A stretch of 64,000 bases of DNA, taken from contig JABDIY010000009.1 in assembly GCA_013003535.1 (NCBI GenBank), forward strand, positions 13,451-77,450, written 5' to 3'. Shown here piece after piece: positions 31,590 to 39,799 of this stretch (its first letter is position 1; each line of letters starts with the position of its first letter). A program made the position numbers and the translations under genes. The notes under the pieces were generated by a model. It did not search any database, was not told the DNA's origin, and saw only the letters and a list, made by a program, of their open reading frames with translations. This stretch comes from Acidimicrobiales bacterium. Lineage in GTDB: Bacteria; Actinomycetota; Acidimicrobiia; Acidimicrobiales; SZUA-35.

Positions 31590-33194
31590 CTACATCTCCT
31601 CGGGGGCGTTGACCCCGAGCAAATCCAGTCCGATGGCAAGCCCGATCCGCGTTGCTTCGGTAAGCCAGAGCCGAGCCTGTTGAAGGTCGGGATCCACATC
31701 CGACCGGAGGATCGGGCAGTGAGCGTAAAAGCTGTGGAAGTTCCCGGCCAGGCCGCGCACCCATGTGGTGATCCGGTGGGGTGCCCGGTCACGGGCGGCC
31801 CCCGCCAAGATCTCCGGCAGTTCATGGAGATCGCGCAACACCGCTACTTCGTTGGGATCAACCAGGCCAGACAGATCGGTCTGGGCGAGGTCGCCCAGAA
31901 CGATGTTCCGCTTGGCCGCCTCTCTACCAATTGCGTGAATTCGAGCGTGGGCGTACTGAACATAGAAAACCGGGTTCTCGCCGGCCTGGGCCTTCCACAC
32001 GTCGATATCTATGGTTTGGGCCGTATCGATGGACTGCAGAAGGTAGGCGAAGCGCGTAACGTCCGGCCCGAGGTCGTCGATGAGTTCGTCGACCGCGATC
32101 ATCGTCCCGGTTCGTTTACTGAGCTTCACTTCCTCTCCACCGCGCATGAGGCTCACGTTCTGACCGATGATGGCCTCGTACTCGTCTGCTTCGTGACCAA
32201 GCGCAAGCAGGGCGGCTCGCATCCGGGGAACATAGCCATGATGGTCCGCTCCCAAGATGTCGATCACGAGATCGCCACGGTTGTATTTGTCCCGGTGGTA
32301 GGCAACGTCAGGCAGAAGATAGGTGTAGTCACCATCGGACTTGATCAGAACCCGATCTTTGTCGTCGCCGAACTCGGTGGTAGCCAACCACACGGCATCG
32401 TCCTTTTCATACACATAGCCCGATTGACGAAGAGCGATCAGCGTGTTCTCCACAGCGCCGCTCTCGACCAGAGCGTTTTCCCTGCTCCAGGTGTCGAAAT
32501 GCACATGCATCGACGCCAACGACTCCTCCACCTCCTGCAGCGCCCGTTTGATACCCCACTCCGTAGGGTCAGCCGTTGCCGGCATCTCGGCGGCCCATTC
32601 GGTCACGTACTCACCCTCGTAGCCACCGGCGGGTACGGGAATTCCATCCCGGCGGGCCACCAGACTCTGTCCGAACAACACCGTTTGGGTGCCCCGGTCG
32701 TTTACGTAGAACTCTTTGTGCGGGATGTACCCACAGCGTTCCATGATCCTGGCGAGGCTGTCTCCGAAAACGCCCCAACGACCTCCACCAGCATGGAGTG
32801 GGCCGGTTGGATTGGAGCTCACAAACTCCAAGTTGACCTCGAGCCCATCACCGACATGGAGCCGGGCATAGTTCTCAATGCCCTCGGCGACCACAGTGCG
32901 AAGAACGTCGTGAACCCACGACGGTGACAGAGTGAAGTTGATGAAGCCGGGACCGGCGATCTCCAACTTCTCCACATGCGGCAGCTCGGCCTCCACGAGA
33001 ATGGCCATGAGTTCTTCACCAAGCTGCCGCGGGTTTTTCTTGAGCGACTTGGCGCACACCAGAGAGGCGTTGGTACTCCAATCACCATGATCGGGGTTGC
33101 CGGGCCGTTCCACGGTGACAGCTTCTGGAACCTCAGCAACACCAAGGGTCTGCAAGGCATCTCTTACGGCTTCGAGGATCTGGGAGCGGACCAT
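31590..33194 (-). CDS. argS: arginyl-tRNA synthetase
   Basis: SSNPTGPLHAGG (HIGH-type) and a class I ArgRS sequence throughout. 534 aa. Confidence 0.95.
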   Translation of the reverse strand: MVRSQILEAVRDALQTLGVAEVPEAVTVERPGNPDHGDWSTNASLVCAKSLKKNPRQLGEELMAILVEAELPHVEKLEIAGPGFINFTLSPSWVHDVLRTVVAEGIENYARLHVGDGLEVNLEFVSSNPTGPLHAGGGRWGVFGDSLARIMERCGYIPHKEFYVNDRGTQTVLFGQSLVARRDGIPVPAGGYEGEYVTEWAAEMPATADPTEWGIKRALQEVEESLASMHVHFDTWSRENALVESGAVENTLIALRQSGYVYEKDDAVWLATTEFGDDKDRVLIKSDGDYTYLLPDVAYHRDKYNRGDLVIDILGADHHGYVPRMRAALLALGHEADEYEAIIGQNVSLMRGGEEVKLSKRTGTMIAVDELIDDLGPDVTRFAYLLQSIDTAQTIDIDVWKAQAGENPVFYVQYAHARIHAIGREAAKRNIVLGDLAQTDLSGLVDPNEVAVLRDLHELPEILAGAARDRAPHRITTWVRGLAGNFHSFYAHCPILRSDVDPDLQQARLWLTEATRIGLAIGLDLLGVNAPEEM

Positions 33195-33288
33195 AGGTAG
33201 GCCCAGACTCTAGTGGACGCCCAGCGAGGACCGGTTCGACGAATGGCGAGTAGGACAACGGTCCCCCCTGGTACCCTCTACAGGCCCC

Positions 33289-33360
33289 GCCCTCGTAGCT
33301 CAGGGGATAGAGCATCCGCCTCCGGAGCGGTGTGCGCAGGTTCGAATCCTGCCGAGGGCG
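33289..33360 (+). tRNA. tRNA-Arg (anticodon CCG)
   Basis: Manual cloverleaf: acceptor GCCCTCG/CGAGGGC, D arm GCTC-AGGGGATA-GAGC, anticodon loop CTCCGGA, T arm GCAGG-TTCGAAT-CCTGC. No encoded CCA. Confidence 0.9.
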
Positions 33361-33496
33361 CGCTGATTTGTTTGACTTCGCTCGCCCAGGCTCGTACCTC
33401 GCCGAGGGGTCGCTCCGTGGCTCGCTACCACTCAACCGGAACAAAAAGAGGCGAATCGTACAAGACAGTTTTCGTGGGAATCCCCACAATGGAGGT

Positions 33497-36400
33497 ATGT
33501 CGTCTGTTCATGGTTCCCCCGCCCGCGCCAACCCGACTTCAGCGCAGCCCAACCTCCACGCTGAGGCCGCCATCGATCTGGTGAAGTCCTGGCTACGGGA
33601 AGCCGATGCCGTCACAACTCGAACGGAGCGGACGACAAATGACCGACTTCGTGGACTCCTCGACGACCCCGACGGCACCGCATTCGCCATGCGGTTCGTA
33701 GATCGAGTTATCCGGCCCGAAAGCAATGGGGTAGCGGCGGCTCAGTTGTCGTCGTTGGTGAAACGCCACGCCCTTCCGAGGTTTCTGTCGCCGATCGACA
33801 AGCTGCTGCTTCAGGCCGGTGCCCGCCTCGCCCCAGTCCTACCGGGGATTGTGATGCCCCTCGCCCAGCAACGGATGCGCCAGCTCGTCGGCCATCTGGT
33901 GGTGGACGCGCGGCCCCAACCCATGGCCAAACACCTCAAGAACCGGAGCGACGAGGGCTTCACGCTGAACGTCAACCTACTCGGCGAAGCGGTGCTGGGA
34001 CATGGCGAAGCCGATCGTCGACTGAACGCCGCCCACGATCTCCTCAACCAGCCCAATGTGGACTACGTGTCAGTGAAGGTCTCGTCGATCGTGGCCCAGC
34101 TCCCTCACTGGGATCACGAAGCTGCGGTGCTACAGGTCAACCAGCGGTTGCGACCACTCATGCTTCAGGCCGCCACCAGTTCACCACCCAAATTCATCAA
34201 CCTCGATATGGAGGAGTACCACGACCTAGAACTGACGATCGCCGCATTCACCCAACTGCTCGACGAACCTGAGCTCCACGGGGTCGATGCAGGCATCGTG
34301 TTACAGGCCTACCTTCCGGACTCGTTCGACGCTCTTCAGCACCTCGTGCAGTGGGCGACGGCGCGTCACCGCCGCACCGTCCGCGGTGTCCCGGGCGGCA
34401 GCATCAAGATTCGCCTGGTCAAAGGGGCGAATCTCGCCATGGAAAAAGTGGAGGCCGAAATCCACAATTGGACCCAGGCGCCGTATCGCTCCAAGACCGA
34501 GGTGGACGCCAACTACAAACGGTGTTTGGACTGGGTGTTCACTACCGAACGGACCGAAGCCGTGCGAATTGGCGTAGGCAGTCACAACCTGTTCGACGTG
34601 GCCTGGGCCCACCTTCTCAGCCAGGAGCGGGACGTTGCTGATCGGGTTGAGTTCGAAATGCTTCAGGGAATGGCGGCGGGGCAGGCCCGATTGGTTCAGA
34701 AAGCCGCCAACGGACTTCTGCTCTACACGCCCGTGGTCAAGCCCAGCGACTTCGACGTTGCCATCAGCTATCTCTTCCGTCGTCTCGAAGAAAACTCCTC
34801 CGACGACAACTTCATCCGCCACTTGTTTGCCTTGACGCCCGAATCGGCAGCGTTCGCCAAGGAGGCCGAGAAGTTTCGCACCGCCCTGGCCAATCGCTGG
34901 GCGGTTGGGACCGGTGCGCAACGCCTTCAGGACAGAACGACCCGATCGGACACCGTATCGGCCTCGCCATTCCGAAACAGCGCCGACACCGATCCGGCCC
35001 TTGCCACCAACCGCCGCTGGGCTCGCGAAATCGTGAACCGCCCGAACGAGACCGCTCATGCGCCGATCACCACCTCCTTAGAAGAAATCGACCGCCTCAT
35101 GGAGGCGGCTCGCTCCGCCCAGCCAAAGTGGGCGGCGCTGACCGCCGATACCAGACGGACGATCCTTCACGACGTCGGTCGACAATTGATGGATCGCCGG
35201 GCGGACCTTCTGGCGGCGATGGTCCACGAGGGAAAGAAGACCATTCAGCAAGCAGACCCTGAAGTGTCCGAAGCGATCGACTTCGCCTTCTGGTACGGCG
35301 ATCACGCCGCGGATCTCACCCGCCCCGCAGGCTCAGCCGACGTCGCTTTCAAGCCGCTCGGCGTGGTGGCGGTCATCCCGCCGTGGAACTTCCCGGTGGC
35401 GATCCCCGCCGGTGGTGTCCTTGCGGCGTTGGCCGCTGGTAACTCGGTGGTGTTCAAACCAGCCCCCGAAACCCCTCGATGTGCCGAGATCGTGGCGGAA
35501 TGCTGCTGGGCGGCCGGCATCCCTGACGACGTCCTGAAGTTCGTCCGGACCCCCGATGACCATGTGGGTCGGCATCTGATTACCCACCCGTTGGTGGGCG
35601 GGGTGATTCTCACTGGAGCGGAAGAGACGGCCCGCCTGTTTCAGTCGTGGAAACCAGAGATAAAACTGTTCGCAGAAACCAGCGGAAAAAACGCTCTGAT
35701 CATCACCCCTAACGCAGACCTCGATTTGGCCGTGAAGGACCTCGCCGATTCGGCATTTGGTCACTCGGGCCAGAAGTGTTCCGCCGCCAGCCTGGCGATC
35801 TGTGTTGGCGGAGTGGTCGACTCCGAACGGTTCCGCCGGCAACTGGTTGACGCCGTCCAGTCGTTGGCGGTCGGGAACCAAACCGACCTCGTCACCACGA
35901 TGGGCCCGATGATCCATCCTCCGGAGGGCAAACTCCTCCGAGCACTCACCACCCTCGAGCCGGGGGAAAGTTGGTTGATCAAACCCGAACGATTGTCCGA
36001 TGACGTCTGGAGTCCGGGCGTTCGATTAGGCGTGAAATCCGGCTCATGGTTCCACATCACTGAATGCTTTGGCCCGGTACTGGGAATCATGACTGCGGAC
36101 ACACTCGACGAGGCCATCCAACTGCAGAACGCCACTGCCTTCGGTCTGACCGGCGGGATCCACTCCCTGGATCCGGCGGAAATCGAACAGTGGCAGGACA
36201 CCGTGCAGGTTGGAAACGCATATGTGAACCGAGGCATCACCGGGGCGATGGTGCAGCGCCAGCCGTTTGGCGGTTGGAAACACTCTGCCATCGGCCCCGG
36301 TGCGAAGGCTGGCGGTCCGAACTATGTGAACCAGTTGGGCACCTGGCAACCGATCGAGGATTCCAGCACCGACGCAGCAAGACTCGAGGCGGCCCGCCAA

Positions 36401-36802
36401 AGTGACGATGCCGCATGGGCGAATGAGTTCTCAGTGGAACACGATCCAACCGGCCTGCGGAGCGAATCGAACGTTTTCCGCTATCGGCCACTCCCCCGCC
36501 TCGGTTTGGTTATCGGTGAAGATGCGCTGGAGTGGGAAATGGACCGGGTGCGGTCCGCAGCCCGTACCTGTGGAGTTCCCATGGTGGAGGTACCCCCAAC
36601 CATCACCGATTTCGTTTCGGCCGGCATCGAACGCGTTCGAGTACTCGGTTCGGTTCCAGTTGCGTTCCGCGTGGCGGCCACCGCCGCCGGGGTTCACCTG
36701 GCCGACGATCCGGTGACCACTGACGGTCGGATTGAATTGCTGCATTACCTACGGGAGCAGGCGATCAGCCGGACCTTACATCGCTACGGCAACCTGTTGT
36801 AG
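33497..36802 (+). CDS. putA: bifunctional proline dehydrogenase / 1-pyrroline-5-carboxylate dehydrogenase
   Basis: PRODH barrel region followed by an ALDH domain (FGHSGQKCSA catalytic Cys). The ORF N-extension overlaps the tRNA, so the ATG at 33497 is used. Confidence 0.88.
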   Translation: MSSVHGSPARANPTSAQPNLHAEAAIDLVKSWLREADAVTTRTERTTNDRLRGLLDDPDGTAFAMRFVDRVIRPESNGVAAAQLSSLVKRHALPRFLSPIDKLLLQAGARLAPVLPGIVMPLAQQRMRQLVGHLVVDARPQPMAKHLKNRSDEGFTLNVNLLGEAVLGHGEADRRLNAAHDLLNQPNVDYVSVKVSSIVAQLPHWDHEAAVLQVNQRLRPLMLQAATSSPPKFINLDMEEYHDLELTIAAFTQLLDEPELHGVDAGIVLQAYLPDSFDALQHLVQWATARHRRTVRGVPGGSIKIRLVKGANLAMEKVEAEIHNWTQAPYRSKTEVDANYKRCLDWVFTTERTEAVRIGVGSHNLFDVAWAHLLSQERDVADRVEFEMLQGMAAGQARLVQKAANGLLLYTPVVKPSDFDVAISYLFRRLEENSSDDNFIRHLFALTPESAAFAKEAEKFRTALANRWAVGTGAQRLQDRTTRSDTVSASPFRNSADTDPALATNRRWAREIVNRPNETAHAPITTSLEEIDRLMEAARSAQPKWAALTADTRRTILHDVGRQLMDRRADLLAAMVHEGKKTIQQADPEVSEAIDFAFWYGDHAADLTRPAGSADVAFKPLGVVAVIPPWNFPVAIPAGGVLAALAAGNSVVFKPAPETPRCAEIVAECCWAAGIPDDVLKFVRTPDDHVGRHLITHPLVGGVILTGAEETARLFQSWKPEIKLFAETSGKNALIITPNADLDLAVKDLADSAFGHSGQKCSAASLAICVGGVVDSERFRRQLVDAVQSLAVGNQTDLVTTMGPMIHPPEGKLLRALTTLEPGESWLIKPERLSDDVWSPGVRLGVKSGSWFHITECFGPVLGIMTADTLDEAIQLQNATAFGLTGGIHSLDPAEIEQWQDTVQVGNAYVNRGITGAMVQRQPFGGWKHSAIGPGAKAGGPNYVNQLGTWQPIEDSSTDAARLEAARQSDDAAWANEFSVEHDPTGLRSESNVFRYRPLPRLGLVIGEDALEWEMDRVRSAARTCGVPMVEVPPTITDFVSAGIERVRVLGSVPVAFRVAATAAGVHLADDPVTTDGRIELLHYLREQAISRTLHRYGNLL

Positions 36803-36845
36803 GGCTACCTCCGGCAAGGAAGTTATCATTCGGCCAGCCGGCTGA

Positions 36846-38273
36846 TCAGTCCGGCCAACTGGCTTCGATCTCGTCGAGGAACTCATAGGCATCGATCGTC
36901 CCACCGGCAAAACCCACCGAGGCTCGCAAGAAGACGTCGGAGCCGATTTGGGCCGGCATCAATTCTGACCCATCGAACCGGAACGGATTGGCACTCACCA
37001 GGATCGCTGCCATTTCTCGGTCGATCGTTGTCCCGTACAGATCGAGGTTGTGCAATTGGTGAGCGCTGAGATACGCACCACTTCCAGCCAAGATGCGGTT
37101 GTTGGCGAAATCGGGTGCCGCCATGTACGCCAGAAGAGTCATGGTGGCACGGTCAGAACTGAGGGCGGACGCAAAGGTCCCGGTCCCCACCACCACATTC
37201 CCGAAGCCTTCATCGACCACCGGAAAATGGAAGGCAGAGAGATCCAGACCGGCTCCGAGGTTCGCGCCGTCGGCCCGGTAGGTGATGGCGATCGAACTGC
37301 GCTGGCGGTGCATGACACACTTGCCGTCCACGTGATTCTGAGCTGCTTCTGTGAACGAAATCGTGTTGATCGCGTTTCGCCGATACACATTCCCGGGAGC
37401 GAACCACATATCGCCCACCCGGTTCACCACGGAAACCACCCGCTCATCGTTGAATGGGACCTGGTGATTGACCCAGCTGTCATAAAACGCGGGGCCCTCG
37501 ATCCGAATCATGTAGTCCTCGATCCAATCAGTTGCCGGCCAACCGGACTTTTCGCCAGCGGCCAAACCAATGCACCAGGGAGTGAGGCCATCGGCCTTGA
37601 TGCGTTCCACCAGCGCTTCCAGCTCGGCCAAGCGTTGCGGAATCTCATAGCCTCTGGCCTCGAACTCCCTGGGCGAGTACCACACGAGGCTGGTTACGGT
37701 CGCCGAAATGGGGACACCGTAGGTACGGTTGTTGAGCGACACCAACGATGACCAAAATGGATCGAAACCGGCGGCAAGTTGCCGCCGGATGAGCCTCGGC
37801 AACGGAACGAGGTCCCCCCGACCGGCGAGATCTTGCAAGCGATTGGGGTGGGCGGTAATCACCACGTCCGGAGCGGACCCCGCTTCGATCATCTCGTCCA
37901 CAAGTTCATCGGAATTGACCGCCCCGACATAGTCGACCTCGATTCCCGTGGCCGCGGTGAAACGCCGAAATGCGAACGTCAAACTCTCAGCGCCACCACT
38001 CACCTCGGGGCCAAAGACTGTGACCGAGGCTCCCGGAACGGAGTCGAGCTGGTCCAGCGCCGGCTGTTGCGGATCGAAGCTGGAATCAGAGAACTGGGGG
38101 ATGCGTATCTGCGGATTCAAGATGAGCTGCGGAACCGCGATGGTGGTAGCCGAGGGTTCGGCGTTCCTCACCTCCGCAGTGCCCACACCCAGGGCAGCGT
38201 CGAACCTCGATGGTTCAACAGTGCAGGCGGCTGCACTCAGAACCAGACACGCAACGACCGCCAATCGGCTCAC
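36846..38273 (-). CDS. extracellular solute-binding lipoprotein (family-1, sugar-type SBP) with no adjacent permease or ATPase
   Basis: Signal plus lipobox MSRLAVVACLVLSAAAC. SBP_bac_1-like length and pattern. GTGA overlap with the upstream channel gene. Confidence 0.75.
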   Translation of the reverse strand: MSRLAVVACLVLSAAACTVEPSRFDAALGVGTAEVRNAEPSATTIAVPQLILNPQIRIPQFSDSSFDPQQPALDQLDSVPGASVTVFGPEVSGGAESLTFAFRRFTAATGIEVDYVGAVNSDELVDEMIEAGSAPDVVITAHPNRLQDLAGRGDLVPLPRLIRRQLAAGFDPFWSSLVSLNNRTYGVPISATVTSLVWYSPREFEARGYEIPQRLAELEALVERIKADGLTPWCIGLAAGEKSGWPATDWIEDYMIRIEGPAFYDSWVNHQVPFNDERVVSVVNRVGDMWFAPGNVYRRNAINTISFTEAAQNHVDGKCVMHRQRSSIAITYRADGANLGAGLDLSAFHFPVVDEGFGNVVVGTGTFASALSSDRATMTLLAYMAAPDFANNRILAGSGAYLSAHQLHNLDLYGTTIDREMAAILVSANPFRFDGSELMPAQIGSDVFLRASVGFAGGTIDAYEFLDEIEASWPD

Positions 38274-39799
38274 GATCTGCTCCGCCTGCTGGTGGGCTTG
38301 GCACCATTGGGCTCCTCGGGGGAATCGGCGGGCTTGATACGAGAAACCGCCGCCCTCCTGCTCTGCACGATTCCTTGGATCTCGTCAGCGAACGTGATGT
38401 TCACACGTGCGATGTTGTCCACTGCGGTTCCCGAGATGATGACCGCCTCCACGTCGGTCAAGGCACGGATCGTGAGCAGATTGGGTTTCGTGCCCAGCAT
38501 CGATTGCTCACCGAAAACCTCCCCCTTTGTCAGCGTCACCACCTCGTTCGCTTTGTTGAGCCCAACCGCAGTTCCGCTCAGGATCAAACCCAACCCGCGG
38601 CTTCCACCACCTTCCACCTGAAGCAGCTCGCCGGCGGCAAAGGTGAGGATGTGGTTGGCGTCGGTCGTACGGTCGGTTTCCTCGCTGAGGAGTTGCTCAT
38701 TCGCCAACGTTTCCGCGACGGATTCGGGAATCGTCGATCCCGACAAAGCCCGAACTCGCCGCTGCACCAGTTCTGGCTGTTCTTCGGTTGGAAGGGCTCC
38801 CGCATCGTAATTGTGGAGGGTTCGAATGGGGAATGGGATCGTGATCTCGTGCCGCTTGGCGGCATACCAGATTCGGGTCATGAAATGACTGCGGACCGTC
38901 GGCATGATGTCGAAGGACTCCATACGCAAGTACACCTGGTAGCCGATCGAGAAGTCGTCGTAGCTGACGCACCGAATATCAACTTCGCTCTCTGGCACGA
39001 GGTGCGGCGTCCCCCTGATGACCTCGGTCAGCATTGCCCGAACCTTGTTCGGCGGATCGTCATAACTGAAACCCAGATTCACAACTTCGATGTGATCCAA
39101 CTCTGGCCTGGAGTTGTTGATTATCAGTTTGGTTCCAAACACGATGTTCGGGACCACTATGAGGTCCTCCTGACGATTGCGGATCCGAACGGTCCGCCAG
39201 TTGATGTCGGTGACCTTTCCCTCCACTCCGTCGATGTCGATCCAATCGCCTACAACGAATGGTTTCTCGCTCAGAATTGCTATGCCCCCCATGAGACTGG
39301 CGAGCGTGTCCTGCATGGCGAGGCCAAATACCAACCCGCCTAGACCGAGGGCGGCGAACGTGCCTGTGATGCTGAGGCCCCAAATCATGGACAAGATGGC
39401 CAGCGAGCCCACGAAAAGCAAAGCGACACGGGCGATGTCTACGAGGAGACGAGGGGCCTGACTGAAGAGGTTGTACTCTCCTCCGGCCGTCAGGAATTCC
39501 CGCACCAGCGACAACAACACTGCGAGCCCAAGAACCGCAGCAAGCGTGCCAGCCACCTGCACGACCATGCTTGGGCTGTCGCCTGAGCGCAGCTCCAGCA
39601 CCCGCTGCATGAACAGCACGGCAACAGCCAAGGGGAGAAACACGTTTCGCAGGAGCCGGACCGGCCGAACGAATCTGTTGTTTCGCCGCTCCAGTCGGCG
39701 GATGATCTCCCCGAGCAGAATAGCCGACAGGGGAAACCCGATCACGAGGATCGCACCCCATTGGAACCACGCCTCGGAGAAGAGTGAGCGACCCAGCAT
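38270..39799 (-). CDS. MscS-family mechanosensitive channel with a C-terminal cyclic-nucleotide-binding-like domain (bCNG-type)
   Basis: GLAMQDTLASLMGGIAILSEKPFVVGDWI...VPN MscS core. C-terminal beta-roll with FGE. ATG at 39799 is preceded by GGAGGA; a TTG at 39826 is also possible. Confidence 0.85.
   Translation of the reverse strand: MLGRSLFSEAWFQWGAILVIGFPLSAILLGEIIRRLERRNNRFVRPVRLLRNVFLPLAVAVLFMQRVLELRSGDSPSMVVQVAGTLAAVLGLAVLLSLVREFLTAGGEYNLFSQAPRLLVDIARVALLFVGSLAILSMIWGLSITGTFAALGLGGLVFGLAMQDTLASLMGGIAILSEKPFVVGDWIDIDGVEGKVTDINWRTVRIRNRQEDLIVVPNIVFGTKLIINNSRPELDHIEVVNLGFSYDDPPNKVRAMLTEVIRGTPHLVPESEVDIRCVSYDDFSIGYQVYLRMESFDIMPTVRSHFMTRIWYAAKRHEITIPFPIRTLHNYDAGALPTEEQPELVQRRVRALSGSTIPESVAETLANEQLLSEETDRTTDANHILTFAAGELLQVEGGGSRGLGLILSGTAVGLNKANEVVTLTKGEVFGEQSMLGTKPNLLTIRALTDVEAVIISGTAVDNIARVNITFADEIQGIVQSRRAAVSRIKPADSPEEPNGAKPTSRRSRS

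Noticed and set aside
31680-32927. 415-aa ORF antisense to argS
   Set aside because: Shadow ORF with no motifs. ArgRS on the other strand is full length.
33332-33496. N-terminal extension of putA overlapping the tRNA-Arg gene
   Set aside because: A coding region is unlikely to run through a tRNA gene, and PutA-like sequence begins later. ATG 33497 is used, although its GGAGG lies only 1 nt upstream, so the start remains uncertain.
33195-33500. tRNA-Arg as an integration site for a mobile element
   Set aside because: No integrase, no direct repeat of the tRNA 3-prime end, and the flanking genes (argS, putA) are core metabolism.
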